Of a stretch of DNA of 64,000 nt, positions 58,501 to 64,000 are shown piece by piece (the stretch's first letter is position 1; every line of letters starts with the position of its first letter). The DNA comes from Orbicella franksi. Lineage: Eukaryota. The DNA lies in contig OZ116703.1 in the NCBI GenBank assembly GCA_964199315.1, positions 29,946,001 through 30,010,000 on the forward strand, written 5' to 3'. Under the pieces are notes generated by a model. That model had not been told where the DNA came from and searched no databases. It saw only the letters and a program-made list of their open reading frames with translations. The translations under genes and the position numbers were made by a program.

Positions 58501-61223
58501 ACTCTCTGTTGGTGGGTTTTCCCAGTCAGTCAGCCAGATTGCCAGCTTGATGTAAACTTTGGTCAGAAGCATGATTACTATAAGATTTAGAAAAGCTGCA
58601 GTTGCCGTTGTTATAATGCGAGCACGTTTTTGCACCTTGTTGTCGTCGTCGCTGCTCAAGACGGCAAAAACAGCCGCACGGTAGACAACAACACCAATAG
58701 CTGCCGCAAGAACCAGAAGAATCATGAAAAGAACTACTCCGATGACAGTGCCATATCTGCGGTACGTTTTAAATTTGGATACCGCTGGTTCTATTTTGCC
58801 GGTCTCGGGGTTTCTCTTAAACAGTAACAACTGCAATTGTTCATCTGGCAAACTTGTCTTGTATTCAGGGCGAAGTTGTTCTTCGTCTTCTTCGAAATCT
58901 GTTGTGTGCCATTCCTGAGCAAGGGTAGCTTGACGACGTTTCCAAAACTCAAGGAACAGCGTGGCCCAAATGGACGCCACGAAGGCAAGAAACACTGTTC
59001 CATCGTTATCAAAAAAGTGCGTGATGTATGCGTACATGCAAGTGTCTGGTACCAGATTCCAGTAGCTGCATTGTTTGTCGCACAGCGGACACATGTACCA
59101 ACGGCCTCTGTTTTCTTCTTTGCATAGATCGCGGACCGGGATGTGGGAACCTGCTGATGCCATTCCATAGATAAACACGAATAAGCCCAAAATTGCGAGT
59201 GGAACCAACATGACGGTGTAGAATCCAAGCCAGGCAAAGTACAGGCCGATTTCATGACCAAAGTAATCTTTGATGGCATCGTACGGTTGGTACTTGAGAC
59301 TTCTGCCAAATCGTGCCCAGTCTTCCCTTAACTTCTGTCGATTATTTTTCGGAGCCTCTCCTTCACCTCTTGAGTCCGGCCCATCATGAAGTGGGTACCC
59401 AGCGATGTAGACCTGATCAAGGAGAAGCTCCTGTAGCCCTACTCCATTTGGCCCCCTTGCAAAGCGTGCGTTTTGAAGCAAATTCTGAACAATGTAGTTG
59501 CGATCCGTTCCACTGAAAAAGCCTTCCTCATCCTCGTGGTTCACATATTCGTTCAAATGATCTTCCATAAACGGGGCCATAAAAAAATTAGGCTTTTCTT
59601 CCAAAGTAGAATCATGTACAACTAAAGGGTTTTTACTGTTCAGTTTCTCAACTCTTGAGGTGCCGATAATATCTTCCAGCCAATTTGTAAAGACCAAGTC
59701 GTTTACTTGAAGAGGAACCTTCAGTTTGATCCGTTCAGCGTTCTGTGCCAACACATCCCAAGGCGCGTGGATCAGTACAAAATGACGTTCTTTTCCTGGA
59801 TCCTACAAGGACGAATAGTCAGTATGAGATCCTGTATGTAATGTTCGTTATGACCTAACCATCTGACAATGTCAACGACGAAAGTCATTCTCTACTAGAC
59901 TGTTAGTCATGAGTGAGGAGCAAAACGTTGGAGTAAAAGTGGGGCTTCTGCGCTCCGAAGGCGCACGAGCGGAGCCCCATTTGCGGAAATTATAGAGAGT
60001 AACCCATTGAGCATAAATCATTTCGTTTGTCACGTGATTGCCCGTGCGACCGTGCGTAGTACGCCACTTCATGTAAGCCAACGTGAGCTTTAACATTCTG
60101 CAAGACACGATGGCGTGTAGTGCGGCAAAAATTCGCAAGCTTCCAAGGTATTGTTTCCGTTCATAACATGGAAAATTACCTCTAATGGCCTTAAAATGTA
60201 AAGTACGAACACCAAATAATGCTCCATAAAATTATGGAGCAGAGAGTCATAAAAACTTTGGTGGAGAATTTTTCTTTTCTTCGATTGCCACAAAGACATG
60301 ATCATCAGTGCGTTTTCAACTGTGTTTTCAATACAGATCGCCGATTTAATGAACCTTGCGGAATTCCAACACGAAAATTGTAATGTACAATAATGTTCTT
60401 TCGAAATTTTCTGTGGACGGTAAAAATTTCGAAACGGAGCCATTCCAAAACGATGAAATCACGATAATTATGTGATTTCCCTAACCGAAATTTTCTCAGA
60501 CACAAATAACAAATGACCAATCTTCCAGTCAAATGTCTCCAGCGTAGTGTGGACAGTAAATATTCGATACAGTTTCAGAGGGAAAACGCGGATTTCACAC
60601 TTCTCCGGTGTTGTGTGGACAGGCCCTAACATTTCCTTCACTCGGCCAGTTTTCGTTGCGAATTTTAGACCTTAAAAGTGAACAGGATTTGTTACTGATT
60701 TAACCCAAACACGTGGTGATTTGCATATTGTTTACGGAGATTTCCTCGATTCATTCTGTTTGGTGAAACGTTTTCTATTTGCGAAATTCCTTTAAAGGTT
60801 TATATTGTGCAAAGCAAATGATAAGTATTTTATGGGAACTCCGCTTTTAGGCAAGATTAAATCTTTATATTATTTATTCTAAAAAAACGTAAACTTTGAC
60901 AAAAATTATTCACGGGAAAAAAGAAAATAACCTACCTCGTCAATGACCTCCGTCTTGCGCTGCAAAACTAATCCAAACCTATTTTCAAGGCAACGTTCAA
61001 ACGTATATCTCCATCCTGCACGCTTTCGCCGTTCTTGAATAGATTCTTCATCAAGCTCACAGATATCCCTTTCGTTCTCGTAAACAAGCACGTAATCAAT
61101 CTGGTTTGCTTTTGCACTGCCAGTCTTGAACGATTCACGCGTGGGAGAGGATCGTGGTTGTTCAGTTAACTCGATCTGAATTTCGTCGACTCGGTCCAAC
61201 CTTGAATACGATCCTCGCTCCAT
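55591..61223 (-). CDS. ANO: Anoctamin/TMEM16 paralogue C; join(61223..60936, 59802..58250, 57465..57341, 56759..56339, 55906..55591), 900 aa
   Basis: Same motif set (QIDYVLVY, HAPW, YPLHDG, YFGHEIGLYFAWLGFYT, EYLEIVLQYGF, EIRIDA). Four GT-AG introns at identical positions and phases; the 125-bp exon 3 was found by hand. Confidence 0.93.
57580..57790. repeat. Degenerate AAGTTCGACGTTTGA-containing interspersed repeat in intron 2 of anoctamin C
   Basis: AAGTTCGACGTTTGA occurs twice (about 57590 and 57767), with a partly inverted GGTCGAGCTT between them. Boundaries approximate. Confidence 0.35.
60395..60626. mobile_element. Partial Harbinger-type MITE (right end), same family as 26008-26397
   Basis: Ends in CTTCTCCGGTGTTGTGTGGACAGGCCC|TAA with an internal CTCCAGCGTAGTGTGGAC repeat. 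Left end not identified. Confidence 0.5.
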
Positions 61224-63522
61224 AAGGCTATTCGGAACTCAATTGGACGAGGCTTACAAGCAGTTCGGTAAATCTAGGACCTAATATTTGTACGTTTTGA
61301 TTCTACTTGCAGACACCCAAACAACTTCCGAAATGTTTTGAGAAGTTAAGTGGATGCTTTGTACGGTCTGCAGGTATAACTAATTTACAATGTTTGTAAT
61401 CAAACGGACCCATGACAGCCTTAATTATTAATCTATGTTGTAAAATTTATTTGGCAATGTTATAATGTCAGTAATCTTGAAGGAGCTTCTTTGAAAATAA
61501 GTTGTTGATGCCTACCTAAAAGGATAACGACAGAAACTTAAGCTTACAACAAGATCTCATAGATAATTATATAATGAGATTTTAATATTATTATTATACA
61601 GAGGCTGTAAACGATTTTCGTATTTAGAATGCATAATGTGATTAAAGGGCGATACATTGGCAAGAGTTGAGCGTTTTCTCCTCCCTGAATTATTTCCCTC
61701 TTAGTCTGGAAACTTACCAGGTTTTCTTAATGACAGAAAACCGTTTATCTATTTAGTAAAAATGTTATAGCGAGTCCTGACCAATGAACTGAACGAGCTT
61801 TGATGGCAACGACGGTACATTTTTAAAAAAGACCGTGGTGAATCCAAACAAACAACGCCGACATATTATAACTCGCGCTTTTTCACAACGCTGGTTGAAT
61901 CTTCCACGCCGCAGGGTGGGAGGGTGGTGGTAGCATTGAGTTTGTGTCAACTATTGTGACTGGTGTGTTAGCCAGTGGCAATATTTAATACACCCAACTG
62001 GTACAGGCAACTGGTCTCACATTTCGTTGGATTTATATCAAATTCACAACAGGCATCTTGGGTAAAGGACCCTGCCGTCTTACCATCTCAAAATGTTATA
62101 TAGCCTCAGAGTTTTTGGCGAAATGAGCGCGGGATACCTTAAAAGAGTATTAAAACTATGATTGCAAATTTTTAGAAAGCACTCATTTGTAATGTTATGT
62201 GAAATTTTTATCCCCGTTTTGATGTTGCTGTGCTACATTGTTGCTCTTCATAAAACCATCTATATTCTCAGAACTTTAGAAAGTCAAGTTCTTGGTTTCG
62301 TTGCGGTAGTGCAGTTTGTCTGATAATTTTCTTGCTGGCTTTCACATGTAGTTTCGTTTTCTACGAACGTTTTTTTCTTTGTTTGTTGGTTTTTTCTTTT
62401 GCTATGGTCATTACTTATGACTTCAGGGAGCTTTTGTAAAATATTTTGGTTCAGTAGGGAATAAGCTTGGTTCCGAGAGCAGGTCCTAAGCTGAGATGAT
62501 AGAAGGGGCTTTTAACTGTGAAAAAACACATTAAGCAAGAACTTTGTCGTCCATTTAACAATATGTTAAACACGTATGTATATTAAGAAGTTGTTCTAAT
62601 AACCTTTCTTTGAGGGGGTATTAAGAACTTAAGGGCAGAGAATATGTTAAATTTCAATTTATCAATTCGTGATATCACTGAGTGTTACTAATTAGAAGTC
62701 ATCACCTATTTGGAACCTCCATGTTCTTTGGTTCATTAAATGTATCACCAGTGTGACGTTGTCATACATTAGTTTAGAAAACCAATGGGAATGATCGATA
62801 CTGATAAATATTCGATAAAAATTTTTTCCGAGATCATCCGACACGTCTTCGAATGTACATAGAGTGAAGACGTTCTTCCCGCCATTATACGACAAGCGGG
62901 CGATTTGCACGGTGACCTAACCAGGCTTGAAGATTTTGTCTGAGATATTATTGGCGAATTCTCGCCCTCATGGAAGAGAGGATCTCTCGGTACATAATGC
63001 CTGGTATTGACACTGGGGCATTCTCCAAGGATGTCCGCTTAACACAGTCTTAATTACTCTAGCTTGGAAAATGAGTTAAGTTAGTCCCTGGAATAAACTT
63101 CAAAATGTGTTCATCTATCGTGAAATTTGTCACTTTTCTTCGCCTAAAAAACAGGTCAATAAAATATTCATTCACTGTAATGTCAAATAACTGTTAAACA
63201 CCCGAACTGCGGTATAAGTGATCGCGAGCCAAACGATACCAACGCATATTTTAATGTTCAAGTTTATTTTAAAAGTTTATCACTATATGAAAATTCTAAC
63301 GTTCTGAAACTAAGAATAGAAGAAGAATAGTTAGCACACAAAGCCCACGTTACAATGCCCACAATTAATGGAGAATTTAACACGTTCAACGCACGGACAA
63401 CGTAGACGACAAAAATTGTCTTCGATTTTGTCTCCTTTTTCAGACTCCTTTAATTCTAAATCAATAAAACAACAAAAATAGGAAACAGAAGGCAAAAGTT
63501 TGAAGTCAAAAGTTTTGAAACT

Positions 63523-63578
63523 TTTGCCGTTTGCCGTCTGCCGTCTGCCGTTTGCCGTTTGCCGTTTGCCGTTTGCTG
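63523..63578. repeat. 7-bp tandem repeat (T[TC]TGCCG)x8
   Basis: Read directly from the sequence. It explains the spurious KRQTANG / FAVCRLP ORFs. Confidence 0.9.
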
Positions 63579-64000
63579 TAAACGTCATTTACAACCTCAC
63601 TTGTGTCTCATACAAAACTTATTTTTTAAAATTGTTAAAATTCCACACAATGAACCCCTGGCTAGTGAGAGCGTTAAGATTGGAACTGTATGAATAATAC
63701 TTATCTCGAACTTAAATTGCGAAAGATAAACTGCTGCTTGAAACGCTGTTTATGGCGCCTCGAGTACCACTACCACAGGGAAAGTGCAATTCCTTCCAAT
63801 TTTTCGGTGGTCCGTCCTTTAGACCTTATCACGGTTTTCGACGCCATTTTGACGGGTGGGTAGAGCGGTCAGAAATTACAGTGTTTGGATGGGAATCCAA
63901 TGGAAAATAACTTTTTCCAAAATTGAATTTTACACTTTGTGAATTGCAACGTTAAAATACTAGGTAGAATATTGTATTCACCAAGTTTAGAGTAAAATTC

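Noticed and set aside
35824-59516. Numerous 60-170-aa ORFs antisense to or frame-shifted within anoctamin exons (likewise within the gag-pol, GPCR and apn-1 exons)
   Set aside because: They are shadow ORFs of real coding sequence with no independent motifs.

Overview
Eukaryotic genomic DNA: AT-rich, with GT-AG spliced genes and many MITEs. The repeat landscape and GPCR type suggest a cnidarian, probably a stony coral (inference). No rRNA, intact tRNA gene or CRISPR array is supported. Contents in order: (1) an intact, very young Ty3/Gypsy LTR retrotransposon (98-5064) with identical 150-bp LTRs, a tRNA-Leu PBS, a PPT, a 4-bp TSD, one uninterrupted gag-pol ORF and unusual TG...CT termini. (2) Three tandem minus-strand paralogues of a protein family I do not recognise (about 9.0-9.7, 14.5-15.0 and 18.0-18.9 kb). 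They look disordered and share only short ordered blocks (LPx[IV]xE, VxxxxW..S..[WL]L, RKPDS[ST]YI) that resemble phosphatase-docking motifs; this is the best novelty candidate. (3) An intronless class A GPCR. (4) A two-exon endonuclease IV / Apn1-type AP endonuclease. (5) Three tandem anoctamin (TMEM16) genes with identical, unusually intron-poor 5-exon structures and non-ANO1/2 pore signatures. (6) Non-autonomous DNA transposons, including a hAT-like element with a 5-bp TSD that carries a nested satellite foldback, plus a tRNA-SINE and an L2/CR1-type LINE fragment with matching 3' tails. All exon boundaries, alignments and family assignments were made by eye; no database search was run.
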